The position numbers and the translations under genes were made by a program. Positions 8,594 through 17,488 of a DNA stretch of 64,000 nucleotides are shown piece by piece. The stretch lies in NCBI GenBank assembly GCA_965658655.1, contig CBFHTA010000001.1:392722-456721 (forward strand). Direction: 5' to 3'. Below the pieces are notes generated by a model. That model had not been told where the DNA came from and searched no databases. It worked only from the letters and a program-made list of their open reading frames with translations. Origin of the DNA: Candidatus Babelota bacterium. GTDB lineage: Bacteria; Babelota; Babeliae; Babelales; CAIQNR01. Position 1 is the first letter of the stretch. The number at the start of each line of letters is the position of its first letter.

Positions 8594-9808
8594 CTATCCA
8601 AACAAGCGGAGAAGGAACCCTGTATTGGTCATGTTAGTAATTGCAAAGTAACCAATAAGGCCAGCACAAGCAAATCCTGCAAGAGTGATATAGTTTTGCC
8701 CAGATTCCCATTCTTTCTTGAGTGTAAATAAAGTTCCCATAGAAAGGCAGTAAGCTGTTAACAAGAAAAGGGCGGTAAAGTTAAAGAACATATCATCTTT
8801 GAATGTTACAAAGCTTGCATAGATACCTAAGCCAATAAGAAGTACAGAAGTAGTTCCGTTTAAGATTCCGTGTGCAACTAATTTTTGAGTTGCTTCAACG
8901 CGTAGCTTTTTAATAAACGATAGTAACAATGCTCCAGAAGCCCAAATCATAGAATGTAGTGTGCCCAAGATTGCAGACAAACTAGAAATATGAATTGCGG
9001 TTAGCACCCATTTTTGATGTGGGAATACGTGGCTTAATGAATTGGTTACTGGTCCTGGGTATTCTGCAAACAAATGCAATGGTACTGCTAAAATAAGTGC
9101 AGCAACAAAGGCTAAGTATAAGCATGCAACGGCAAGCAATGAATAGGTTATTGCTCGAGGAAGATTTTTTTCAGGATCTTTAATGATCGAAAATAAAGAA
9201 GCAGACGCTTCGAAACCAAAGAAGCCAAATACTGCAAAACGAGTTGCATCGAGGACACTGAAAACACCTTTAGGTGCAAACGGTGTTAAATTTGTAACAT
9301 TTGCTTTGGTTAAGCACATAAGTGTTGTTCCAATTAAGGGAAACACCGTGCAGATAATTAAAACTTGTTGGCCGAGCGCAGATAAAGAAACACCCATCAT
9401 GTTCAAGGCGGTAAGTAAACCAAGTGTAATTAATCCCCATGCTTTTCCAGAGTATATAGGAAAACTATGTGCAAGGTGATCTCCTGCTGAATGAGCCAAA
9501 AGACCCATAGCAATCAAGAGCCCTGTGATATAAGCACCGCTTGCTACAATTCCTGCAGTGTGTCCTCCCCATTGACGAGCGTAGGTATAAAAAGAGCCTT
9601 CTTGTGGGTAAAGTTGGGCAACTCTAGCAAAAGATTGCGCCATAAACCAGACGGCTCCGGCAACAAAAGCGAGAGAGAGAATTCCAGCTGGACCAACATT
9701 CGTTGCCAACATAGTTGGCAATGCGAAGATTCCTGCACCAATCATTGCGTTCATTCCAACGATGGTTGCGGTTGATACCCCTATCTTATCAGAGGGACCT
9801 GTAGACAT
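8594..9808 (-). CDS. APC family amino-acid permease
   Basis: MIGAGIF, GSFYTY, FGFFGFE motifs; start moved to ATG 9808 behind AAGGAG (track start 9847). Confidence 0.9.
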   Translation of the reverse strand: MSTGPSDKIGVSTATIVGMNAMIGAGIFALPTMLATNVGPAGILSLAFVAGAVWFMAQSFARVAQLYPQEGSFYTYARQWGGHTAGIVASGAYITGLLIAMGLLAHSAGDHLAHSFPIYSGKAWGLITLGLLTALNMMGVSLSALGQQVLIICTVFPLIGTTLMCLTKANVTNLTPFAPKGVFSVLDATRFAVFGFFGFEASASLFSIIKDPEKNLPRAITYSLLAVACLYLAFVAALILAVPLHLFAEYPGPVTNSLSHVFPHQKWVLTAIHISSLSAILGTLHSMIWASGALLLSFIKKLRVEATQKLVAHGILNGTTSVLLIGLGIYASFVTFKDDMFFNFTALFLLTAYCLSMGTLFTLKKEWESGQNYITLAGFACAGLIGYFAITNMTNTGFLLRLFG

Positions 9809-9918
9809 GACTGCTCCTTGAGCAAAAAGGTTAAACAATTTCACCATAGTAACTAAAAAACAGCTATTTTAAAAGCCTTTGCTCTTGATTGTTCGATCTG
9901 ACCTGCTATCCTAAGCTT

Positions 9919-10173
9919 ATGAAGAATAACTACTGTGCCTATTATACGGGTCACGTCAAAAAAGAAACCGCTTGGCTTTTAACAGCCATTTTACGCGGAA
10001 CCGAGCATGTGGTGTTTGATCGCACCATAGACAAACAAAACAGCATCTTTGAGTTCTTTGTTCCTATTGACATGGAGTCAGTCTTCTTAGAAGTTGCTGA
10101 CTATCTTAAAAAAGAAGAGCTTCTTTTAAGTTTGGACAAAAAAAAGAATCGTCTTCTAGACAGTACTTTTTAG
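9919..10173 (+). CDS. Hypothetical small protein
   Basis: Non-overlapping ORF with ATG at 9919 (track start 9889); globular-looking. Confidence 0.6.
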   Translation: MKNNYCAYYTGHVKKETAWLLTAILRGTEHVVFDRTIDKQNSIFEFFVPIDMESVFLEVADYLKKEELLLSLDKKKNRLLDSTF

Positions 10174-10178
10174 TTTTC

Positions 10179-10601
10179 CTATTTTTCTTTAGAAGAGTTT
10201 TCTCTAGCAAATTTCCACCATGCGGCAATGCCTAAAGAGCTATAAGCGGAAATAAATACCATTGCTTTTGAAGATAAACCTGCACCTACTGCGCATCCAA
10301 ATAAGCATTCCGACGATGTATCAAGGCAAGGATGGCATTTTTCAGGAGTAAGTTCTTTGGTTTTATTTGCGGTTAATGCAGCGACTCCTGAAAGAACAGC
10401 AGTTGCGAATTCAGCGTTTCTGTCAGGCGCTAAGCATTTTGTTCCAGTACCTAATGTAAGTCCGCATAGAGTAGGTGCTGCGGGGTGAGAAATAACGTTT
10501 TTGCTTGTTTCTAAAATGCTTAAACAGTAACTTCTAGAATCTTCAGCAGCATTAATTAGTTGTGTTAATACCAGAAGTGTAATAAGTGATATTCGCTTCA
10601 T
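10179..10601 (-). CDS. Hypothetical secreted/membrane protein, Cys-rich
   Basis: MKRISLITLLVLTQLINA signal peptide; small-residue hydrophobic helices. Confidence 0.7.
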   Translation of the reverse strand: MKRISLITLLVLTQLINAAEDSRSYCLSILETSKNVISHPAAPTLCGLTLGTGTKCLAPDRNAEFATAVLSGVAALTANKTKELTPEKCHPCLDTSSECLFGCAVGAGLSSKAMVFISAYSSLGIAAWWKFARENSSKEK

Positions 10602-10619
10602 AATACGGATCCAAGATCT

Positions 10620-12053
10620 TTAAAATGTTAATAGTTTTTCAATGCGTTTTTTACTTTTATCATACCCCAATATTTCTATCAACTCTCCAACACCAGGACC
10701 TTTGGGCGATCCAGTCAAAGCATATCTTAGATAAGAAAAAGCTTCTTTTGGTGTGATATTAGCAGCTTTAATATATTCTTTAATTTTATTTAAAAAAGTT
10801 TCTGATGTTTTTTCTTCTAATGCTTCTTTTACCAGTGTTTTGTATACAACCAGTTTTGAAGGATCAATAAGAAGAGAGAGTGCTGTTTTTAAATAAGTAG
10901 GTTCTGAAAAATAAAATGCTAATAGTTGTACGCTGTCTGGTAGCGTTATTAATTCTTTTTGGATGTGTCCAACAATTTCTATTAATTTTTTTTCAGACAG
11001 GTCTTTTACTGCTGGGTAACTTTCTTCTAAGTAAGGGCGGCATAACGCTGTAATTTTTGGTATATCGCTTTTACAGATCCATTTGTGGTTAACCCAACGT
11101 AGTTTATCTACATCGTATTTAATTTGCCCAGTGGTTGGAGGGTGGTCAAAATTGATAGTTTCAGCCAACTCTTGCATAGACATGATCTCGTTTTTAAAAG
11201 ATCCACCAATAATAGCCAAGTAATTAACAATGGCTTCTGGTAAAAAACCGGCAGCTTTTAAGTCTCGTAGAGAAAAACCAAAGTCTCGTTTAGATAATTT
11301 TTTACCGTCGATGTTGCATAGAATAGGCATATGCCAAAACGTAGGCATTTCCTGACCAGATGCATCATACATTGCAGCTTGGCCGGCTGTATTACTTAAA
11401 TGATCTTCCCCGCGAATTGCGCAAGAAATGTTCATAAGTGAATCATCAACAAAATTGGCAAACATAAAAGTTACTGACCCGTTTTGACGAGTAATAGGAA
11501 AGTCAGAGAAGTTTTTTAAGTCGAACGTTACTTTTTCGTGAGATAGATCATTAATAGTTAATTTTTTGTTCGGATCAAGTTTCATTCTCCAGATAAAAGG
11601 AGTTGATGATGCTTTATTGTCTGACTCTTCTTGAGAAAGTTTTAAACAGGTTCTATCGTAGCGAGGAGGTTTTTTGAGTGCTATTTGACGTGCACGTTTT
11701 TTATCAAGTTCTTCTGAGGTACAAAAACAACGATACACTAAATCTTTATCAATAAATTCTTGTAATTTTTTTTTATATAAATCGGTTCGCTCTGATTGAA
11801 AGTACGGACCAAAATCACCATCTTTACCAGGGCCTTCTTGGAAATCTATTCCCAGCCATGTAAGATCTTCCATAATTTTTACAGCACCGGGATCAAAATT
11901 GCGTTCAGGGTCGGTGTCTTCTACGCGGATGATAAAGGTTCCATCTTTTTGTTTTGCAATTAGGTAATTCATTAAGGCGGTTCGAATGTTACCCAGGTGC
12001 ATCATACCAGTTGGTGCAGGAGCAAATCTGACACGGGGATTTTTTAGTTTCAT
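10620..12053 (-). CDS. gltX: Glutamate--tRNA ligase
   Basis: RFAPAPTG.MHLGN, RVEDTD, RGEDH, KLSKR; start set at MKLKNPRVRF (ATG 12053). Confidence 0.96.
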   Translation of the reverse strand: MKLKNPRVRFAPAPTGMMHLGNIRTALMNYLIAKQKDGTFIIRVEDTDPERNFDPGAVKIMEDLTWLGIDFQEGPGKDGDFGPYFQSERTDLYKKKLQEFIDKDLVYRCFCTSEELDKKRARQIALKKPPRYDRTCLKLSQEESDNKASSTPFIWRMKLDPNKKLTINDLSHEKVTFDLKNFSDFPITRQNGSVTFMFANFVDDSLMNISCAIRGEDHLSNTAGQAAMYDASGQEMPTFWHMPILCNIDGKKLSKRDFGFSLRDLKAAGFLPEAIVNYLAIIGGSFKNEIMSMQELAETINFDHPPTTGQIKYDVDKLRWVNHKWICKSDIPKITALCRPYLEESYPAVKDLSEKKLIEIVGHIQKELITLPDSVQLLAFYFSEPTYLKTALSLLIDPSKLVVYKTLVKEALEEKTSETFLNKIKEYIKAANITPKEAFSYLRYALTGSPKGPGVGELIEILGYDKSKKRIEKLLTF

Positions 12054-12109
12054 AAGAGCTTTCCTTAAGGTTATCAGTTTATTATAGAATGTTTTTGAGA
12101 GAACGTCAC

Positions 12110-12490
12110 GTGTTGCACTCCGCGTGCAGTGCCAAAGGGGATGCTTTCCCACCCCCTTTGGAATCCAGGAGACAAGCCTTAGGCGGTTTGATCGCCTTGA
12201 CGGGTCAATGGTCTGACTTCGCCTTCGCTTTGCTTACGGCTCATGTCGCCCGGTGCCCCTGATAAAGACTTTTATCTTTTATTATTAATTTAGGTAAAAA
12301 TTCTTCGTTGCAAAGCGCAGGTGATCTGAACAGCGTTAAGCCCGTTAGGGTAGCTGTGTGTTCACCGTCGTTTTTGCGAAAGCGATTAAACTGCAAGTTT
12401 ATGTCCTGGGTTCTTAGGGGGGGGTAGACAAGTACCCCCTTGAGCGCTGCACGCGTAGTGCAAGCCCTTTGGCCCCCTGGGGGAGCAGAT
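12110..12490. repeat. Inverted pair of degenerate GC-rich palindromic repeats (REPIN/MITE-like or structured ncRNA)
   Basis: 12113-12132 TTGCACTCCGCGTGCAGTGC matches the reverse complement of 12444-12463 at 18/20; similarity continues for ~130 nt; AT-rich spacer at ~12262-12300. Confidence 0.75.
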
Positions 12491-12728
12491 AGGAACTGTT
12501 TATGCAAAACATTAAAAAAACAAAGTAAGAAAAGGGTTTCTCATTGTCGCTTCTACCGTTATAAGTGTATGGGAATAGCACTTTGTATTTTTCTAAACTG
12601 TTCCCATTTGTATTTCAGGATTGAGAGGTGCATTTTCTGATTTAAATCTTTTTGACAAGCTGCCGATCTCTTTGCTAATGTTGGACCCTAAATGTGCAGT
12701 TTTTTACCTTAAAAAAGGGGAGTTTCGC

Positions 12729-13010
12729 ATGAACCAATGCTTACGCATTACGTTCGAGGTTCCGAGTAACAGAAGACAAACGATTCGCTCGTTGATCCAA
12801 AAGGAAGCTAAAAAGCTTTTCTTGGAGGGAACAGTTCGGGTAATGCCTGATTCTAATCTTAAAGTTATTGCATGTGGTAATAAAAATAAGATGGATATGT
12901 TTCTTGACGTTGTCCTCAAAGAGATTGCTAGCTTGCGTTGTGATGGCCTTGAAATTGAACCTTTCTTAAAAGACCGCGACTACCGGGGGGTATTCAGAGT
13001 TATTGAATAG
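12729..13010 (+). CDS. Acylphosphatase-like protein
   Basis: EAKKLFLEGTVRVMPDSNLKVIACG...YRGVFRVIE fits the acylphosphatase fold; ATG 12729 follows GGGGAG; canonical GxVQGVGFR loop absent. Confidence 0.65.
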   Translation: MNQCLRITFEVPSNRRQTIRSLIQKEAKKLFLEGTVRVMPDSNLKVIACGNKNKMDMFLDVVLKEIASLRCDGLEIEPFLKDRDYRGVFRVIE

Positions 13011-13097
13011 GGCAAAGATTTTAAAGAACTAATTGTGTTTTGAGAGAAAAGTCTGTAAAATTTTTTATTAAAGCTACTTTTTTTGAAAGGACCAAAA

Positions 13098-13160
13098 ATG
13101 ATAATTACCGTAAATGTCAAAGTGACTCTATGGGCAGTGCACCAGAAAGTTCATTGTTGA
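13098..13160 (+). CDS. Putative 20-aa leader ORF (MIITVNVKVTLWAVHQKVHC)
   Basis: AAGGA Shine-Dalgarno 7 nt before ATG, in the leader of the ABC exporter operon. Confidence 0.35.
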   Translation: MIITVNVKVTLWAVHQKVHC

Positions 13161-13352
13161 GCTAATTCAGGATTCTATCATTATTCTTTTCCATTTTTTA
13201 TTCATTCCTGATTTTTCTCGATCAATTCTAGGGACTTTCAATTGCCGGGTCTGTTTGGCTCAAACTCACAAAATTTCCGATTTTTTAAAAAATTGTTACT
13301 ACGCAGCAGTGCGTTTTTGCGCGCTTATGCGTTTTTATAGGGAGGCTTATTT

Positions 13353-14123
13353 ATGAGCAAAGTTTTATTAGATATCAAAGATGTTACAAAACGTTATCAA
13401 AGTAAGGGGCTGTGCGTTGATGCTTTAAAAGGCGTCAATCTTCAAATTATGGAAGGAGAAATATTTAGTTTATTGGGTATAAATGGTGCCGGCAAAACTA
13501 CACTTTCTGGCATTATTGCAACGTTGCATCCAGCAACTTCAGGTGATATTGTGCAGAATGGTAGATCAATTTATGATGATGTTGTTGAGTATAGGCGTAC
13601 TATTGGTCTTTGTCCTCAATCTCCTAATATTGATATGAGTTTAACGATTGAAGAGAATCTTCGTTATGCAGGTCGATATTACGGTATGGACAATGTAAAG
13701 ATAGAAGAGCGTATTGCCTATTTAATGAAACGTTTTGGTTTAGAAAAATACGCAAAGTCTTTGGGGTACGTATTGTCTGGTGGTTATAAACAACGATTCA
13801 TGATTGCTCGTTCGTTGATGCATGAGCCAAAGTTGGTAATTCTGGATGAGCCGACTGTTGGTTTAGATCCACATGTTCGTCGTGACATTTGGGAGGTTAT
13901 TAAAGACTTGAAGAAAGAGAACGTAACGGTTCTTCTTACAACTCATTATCTTGATGAAGCGGATAAACTTTCTGATAGAGTATGTTTGCTTGAAAAAGGG
14001 GTAATTCAATTGATTGATACACCGGATAATCTTAAATCTCTTCATGGTCAAGCAAACCTTGAAGATGTGTTTGTAAAGCTCATTAAAGAGGGTGAAAAAG
14101 CACAAGAAGAAGTAAATAACTAG
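13353..14123 (+). CDS. ABC-2 type exporter ATP-binding subunit (DrrA/NodI-like)
   Basis: GINGAGKT, LSGGYKQR, ILDEPTVGLDP, TTHYLDEA. Confidence 0.93.
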   Translation: MSKVLLDIKDVTKRYQSKGLCVDALKGVNLQIMEGEIFSLLGINGAGKTTLSGIIATLHPATSGDIVQNGRSIYDDVVEYRRTIGLCPQSPNIDMSLTIEENLRYAGRYYGMDNVKIEERIAYLMKRFGLEKYAKSLGYVLSGGYKQRFMIARSLMHEPKLVILDEPTVGLDPHVRRDIWEVIKDLKKENVTVLLTTHYLDEADKLSDRVCLLEKGVIQLIDTPDNLKSLHGQANLEDVFVKLIKEGEKAQEEVNN

Positions 14124-14141
14124 TATAAGAAAAGGATTATT

Positions 14142-14921
14142 ATGCTTTTAAGTATAAATACTTGTTTAAATTTGGTCAGGAGAGACATGCATGTTTTTTG
14201 GCCGACGTTTTTAGATCGATTTATTAACGGTACTATTTGGGTCGTTTTGACGGTTGTTATTTTTCAGTACGTTTTTCCACAAATGGGAATGTCTGAGGAT
14301 TATGCTGTTTTTATGGCTTGCGCTAATACTATGAGTTGGGGATTTTTTGAAGTAATGGGAAACGTTGCCACATTGGTGGGGGATTTGACTGGTCCTAAAT
14401 CAATTGAGTACGATTTGACTCTTCCATTGCCTCAATGGATGGTTTTTGTACGTATGGCAATTTCCAATGCACTTCAGGCAATGGTTATAGCGTTATTTAT
14501 TTTACCTATTTCAAAGATTGTACTGTGGAAGCAGTTTAGCCTTGCTCATTTTTCTTTTATGAAATTTACAGGTATTTTTATAGTAGGAAATTTGTTTTAT
14601 GGTTTCTTTTCATTGTGGCTTGCGAGTATGACAAAGAATTTGGAGCATATTAATAATGTTTGGATGCGGGTGGTTTTTCCGTTATGGTGGATCGGTGGTT
14701 ATCAATTCAGCTGGGGAACCATGTATAAAATGTCACCAGTAATGGCAAAGGTAACTCTTTTAAATCCACTAGTGTATGCTTTTGAAGGGGTTCGAGGATC
14801 TGTTTTAGGGCAATCTGATTATATTAGTTTTGGGTATTGTGTAGCAGCCTTAATTTTTGGATCTATTATTACAGGCTATATTGGAACCAAAAAAATGATG
14901 CAACGTTTAGATTGTTTATAG
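14142..14921 (+). CDS. ABC-2 type exporter permease
   Basis: Six-TM pattern; LLNPLVYAFEGVR. Confidence 0.88.
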   Translation: MLLSINTCLNLVRRDMHVFWPTFLDRFINGTIWVVLTVVIFQYVFPQMGMSEDYAVFMACANTMSWGFFEVMGNVATLVGDLTGPKSIEYDLTLPLPQWMVFVRMAISNALQAMVIALFILPISKIVLWKQFSLAHFSFMKFTGIFIVGNLFYGFFSLWLASMTKNLEHINNVWMRVVFPLWWIGGYQFSWGTMYKMSPVMAKVTLLNPLVYAFEGVRGSVLGQSDYISFGYCVAALIFGSIITGYIGTKKMMQRLDCL

Positions 14922-14933
14922 GGTGATTTAGAG

Positions 14934-15719
14934 ATGAATGTAAAAAAGGTATTGATAACGTTTTTTTACTTGATGGCAAGGGATCTGCGAGTTTATTTAC
15001 CAGATCTTAAAAGAGACGTTATCAATGCTTCCATATTTATTTTTTTAACAAGTTTTACCTATCAATATATAATGCCTTTGGAAGGGATAGACGGACAGTA
15101 CGGTCTTATTACAGCATGCGGTGGAATTGTTGCGTGGGGAATGTTTGCGGCTCGAAACAAAGTTAGTTTCTTGGTAAGAGACATAACAGGATTTGGAACG
15201 TTAGATTTTTTTCTTACGTTGCCTTTACCACAATGGGCTGTTTTTGTTGCTCTTGCTTTAGCTACTGCAGTAAGGCCAATGCTCATTATAGCTTGTGTTT
15301 TTCCTGTTATTAAAGTGCTCTTTTGGAATACACTCATTCTTTCTCAGATCGCATGGGGTAAATTTTTAACCATTTTTATATTAATAAATATATTTTATGG
15401 TTTTGCCACTCTTTGGCTGACTGCGTCTTCTGACAAAGTAAGTTCCATTCAGAATATTTGGATGCGCATTATATTTCCACTCTGGTGGGTTGGTGGTTAC
15501 GGTTTTATTTGGAGAACATTTTATAAAGTTTCTCCAAATGGTGCTTATCTTTCACTCGTTAATCCCCTTGTTTATGGATACGAAGGCGTTCGAGGTGCCG
15601 TTTTGGGACAAGCTGGTTATATTAATTTTTGGTATTGTGCAGGTGCATTAATTTTTACTTGTATTATTACTGGTTATATAGGGGTCAAAAAAATGATGGC
15701 TCGCTTGGATTGTTTTTAA
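14934..15719 (+). CDS. ABC-2 type exporter permease (tandem paralog)
   Basis: Shares LTLPLPQW, WMR..FPLWW.GGY, NPLVY..EGVRG.VLGQ, KKMM.RLDC with the preceding gene. Confidence 0.88.
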   Translation: MNVKKVLITFFYLMARDLRVYLPDLKRDVINASIFIFLTSFTYQYIMPLEGIDGQYGLITACGGIVAWGMFAARNKVSFLVRDITGFGTLDFFLTLPLPQWAVFVALALATAVRPMLIIACVFPVIKVLFWNTLILSQIAWGKFLTIFILINIFYGFATLWLTASSDKVSSIQNIWMRIIFPLWWVGGYGFIWRTFYKVSPNGAYLSLVNPLVYGYEGVRGAVLGQAGYINFWYCAGALIFTCIITGYIGVKKMMARLDCF

Positions 15720-15745
15720 TATTTTATTTAATAAAGGGTATATGT

Positions 15746-16399
15746 ATGAAAAAAACTATGATTCTCATAGCAGCTATCTGTTTAGGAATTGCATGGTTTT
15801 GTTATAGACCTGTGATAAAGGCAGGGACTGTGATAATTTTAAATGGTCCTTCTGCTTCTGGTAAAAGTTCTATTCAAGCAAAATTTCAAGATAGTATGAT
15901 GCCAAAACTTTGGATTAAAGTTGGTATTGATAATCTTTTTGATAAGCCAATGCCCGATATTACACAAGAAAATATGGCATTTTGGCAAAAGGAAAATGCT
16001 ATTCGATGGGTAGAGGCGAGTACCAATGAGGGAAACCCAGTTATTACTTTATTTACCGGTAGTCAAGGAGAACAAGTTGCTTATGGCATGAACAGTGCCA
16101 TCGCTGCCTATGCTCTAGCAGGAAATAATGTGATTGTTGATTACATTGCTTATAAAAAAGAATGGGTTGATGATTTAAGAAATAAACTTTCATCAATACA
16201 TACCTATTGGATTAAGGTAAATATTCCATTATCAACCATAGAAGAAAGAGAAGTTGCTCGAAATACTTCTCCTAAGGGGCATGCTCGTAGCCATTACGGT
16301 TCTGTTCATTGGGATATACAGTATGATTTTGAAGTTGATTCATCTCAAGATTCTGCTGAAGAAATAGCACATAAAATTAAAACATTTATTTCAAAATAA
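15746..16399 (+). CDS. Chloramphenicol phosphotransferase-like P-loop kinase with N-terminal signal/anchor
   Basis: IIILNGPSASGKSS-type P-loop, GNNVIVDY, EEREVAR, YDFEVDSS; ATG 15746 starts MKKTMILIAAICLGIAW. Confidence 0.8.
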   Translation: MKKTMILIAAICLGIAWFCYRPVIKAGTVIILNGPSASGKSSIQAKFQDSMMPKLWIKVGIDNLFDKPMPDITQENMAFWQKENAIRWVEASTNEGNPVITLFTGSQGEQVAYGMNSAIAAYALAGNNVIVDYIAYKKEWVDDLRNKLSSIHTYWIKVNIPLSTIEEREVARNTSPKGHARSHYGSVHWDIQYDFEVDSSQDSAEEIAHKIKTFISK

Positions 16400-16407
16400 T
16401 TTTAAGC

Positions 16408-16444
16408 AAAAAAAGAGCCCCGAGAATTCGGGGCTTAATTTTTA
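16408..16444. terminator. Bidirectional intrinsic terminator
   Basis: A-run, GAGCCCCGA-GAAT-TCGGGGCTT, T-rich tail; lies between convergent genes. Confidence 0.75.
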
Positions 16445-16834
16445 TAAAACTTCTTGGGCTTTTTTGTGTTTTTTCTTTTGATTTCTATTGTGAATGATCT
16501 TGCCGATAGATGAGATTACTAGTGCCGGAAAGATATTGTAAGCAAATGAGTTTGCCAGCTCGATAGGCGCATTAGTTACACGACGAGATAATGTTCTAGG
16601 AATAGCCTCTATTTTTTGACCTATCATATTAAGAGGTCCTATCTTGCCTCTATAAAATATAATCATCTTAGGGTTTAACGGCCACAAAAAATTATCTGTG
16701 ATTGATATGACTGCCATAGTAGCGTAAGTTTTTTTAAAACTTGCATACCATGGAGTTTCTTCTTTTTTTGCTTTTTCACAGCTTATATTTGCAATAGATA
16801 GGCTCAATAGAACTACTATCATTATTTTTTTCAT
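16442..16834 (-). CDS. Secreted/lipoprotein-like hypothetical protein, tandem copy 1
   Basis: MKKIMIVVLLSLSIANISC leader shared with the neighbouring gene. Confidence 0.8.
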   Translation of the reverse strand: MKKIMIVVLLSLSIANISCEKAKKEETPWYASFKKTYATMAVISITDNFLWPLNPKMIIFYRGKIGPLNMIGQKIEAIPRTLSRRVTNAPIELANSFAYNIFPALVISSIGKIIHNRNQKKKHKKAQEVL

Positions 16835-17367
16835 AAAATTCCTGATAATGGAAGTGATCGTAAATGTTTATCTATAGAGGGTATCAAAGCATAAGGGGCA
16901 AGTCAAAAGCCTTTGGAAGCTTAAAGTGTTTTTTCTTTTGATTTCTATTGTGGATTTCTTTAAAAATACTTACAAAGAAAACAGTTTGTACTAAATTAAA
17001 AAATAGAGTTTGTACTAGATAGTCAGCATCTATGTATTTAAAATAGTCAGGGAAACGTTGCATGAATTCCTTAGAGAAAGAATCAGTAGAATACATTACT
17101 GCATCTTTTGAAGCAGATATCGTTGTACTACTTCCTATATGTATAAGGTCTTTTACGCATAAGGCTAAAAAGAATTTTTTATGGCTTGTATACCACTGAG
17201 TTTCTTCTTTTTTTGCTTTTTCACAGCTTATATTTGCAATAGATAGGCTCAATAGAGCTACTATCATTATTTTTTTCATAAAATTCCTGATATTGGAAGT
17301 GATCGTAAATGTTTATCTATAAAGGATATCAAGGCAGTAGGGGAAGTCAAAAAACTTTAGAAGCTTA
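16466..17367. repeat. Tandem duplication (~445-460 bp unit) with conserved flanks
   Basis: 16746-16923 is similar to 17191-17367; 16466-16492 is identical to 16926-16952. Confidence 0.9.
16884..17279 (-). CDS. Secreted/lipoprotein-like hypothetical protein, tandem copy 2
   Basis: Same leader and IHNRNQKKKH tail as 16442-16834. Confidence 0.8.
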   Translation of the reverse strand: MKKIMIVALLSLSIANISCEKAKKEETQWYTSHKKFFLALCVKDLIHIGSSTTISASKDAVMYSTDSFSKEFMQRFPDYFKYIDADYLVQTLFFNLVQTVFFVSIFKEIHNRNQKKKHFKLPKAFDLPLML

Positions 17368-17488
17368 TGAAGTCTTAATTGATTTATGCCATTATTTTAG
17401 TATTGAGGCTTTAAAGTGTACATAGTGGTTAGATACGCACTTTCATGTTACACTCGTCCAACAAATCAAGTTTGTAATAGGTAATGTT

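Noticed and set aside
12054..12152. N-terminal extension of gltX given by the ORF track
   Set aside because: Homology begins at PRVRFAP, and the extension runs into the repeat element.
12241..12640. ORFs 12241-12507 (-) and 12440-12640 (+)
   Set aside because: They lie over the GC-rich repeat, which has few stop codons; no SD or recognisable motif.
16466..17367. CRISPR or integron interpretation of the tandem units (also 33884-35496)
   Set aside because: Repeats are long, overlap coding leaders and have only 2-3 units; no attC-like boxes, cas or intI seen.
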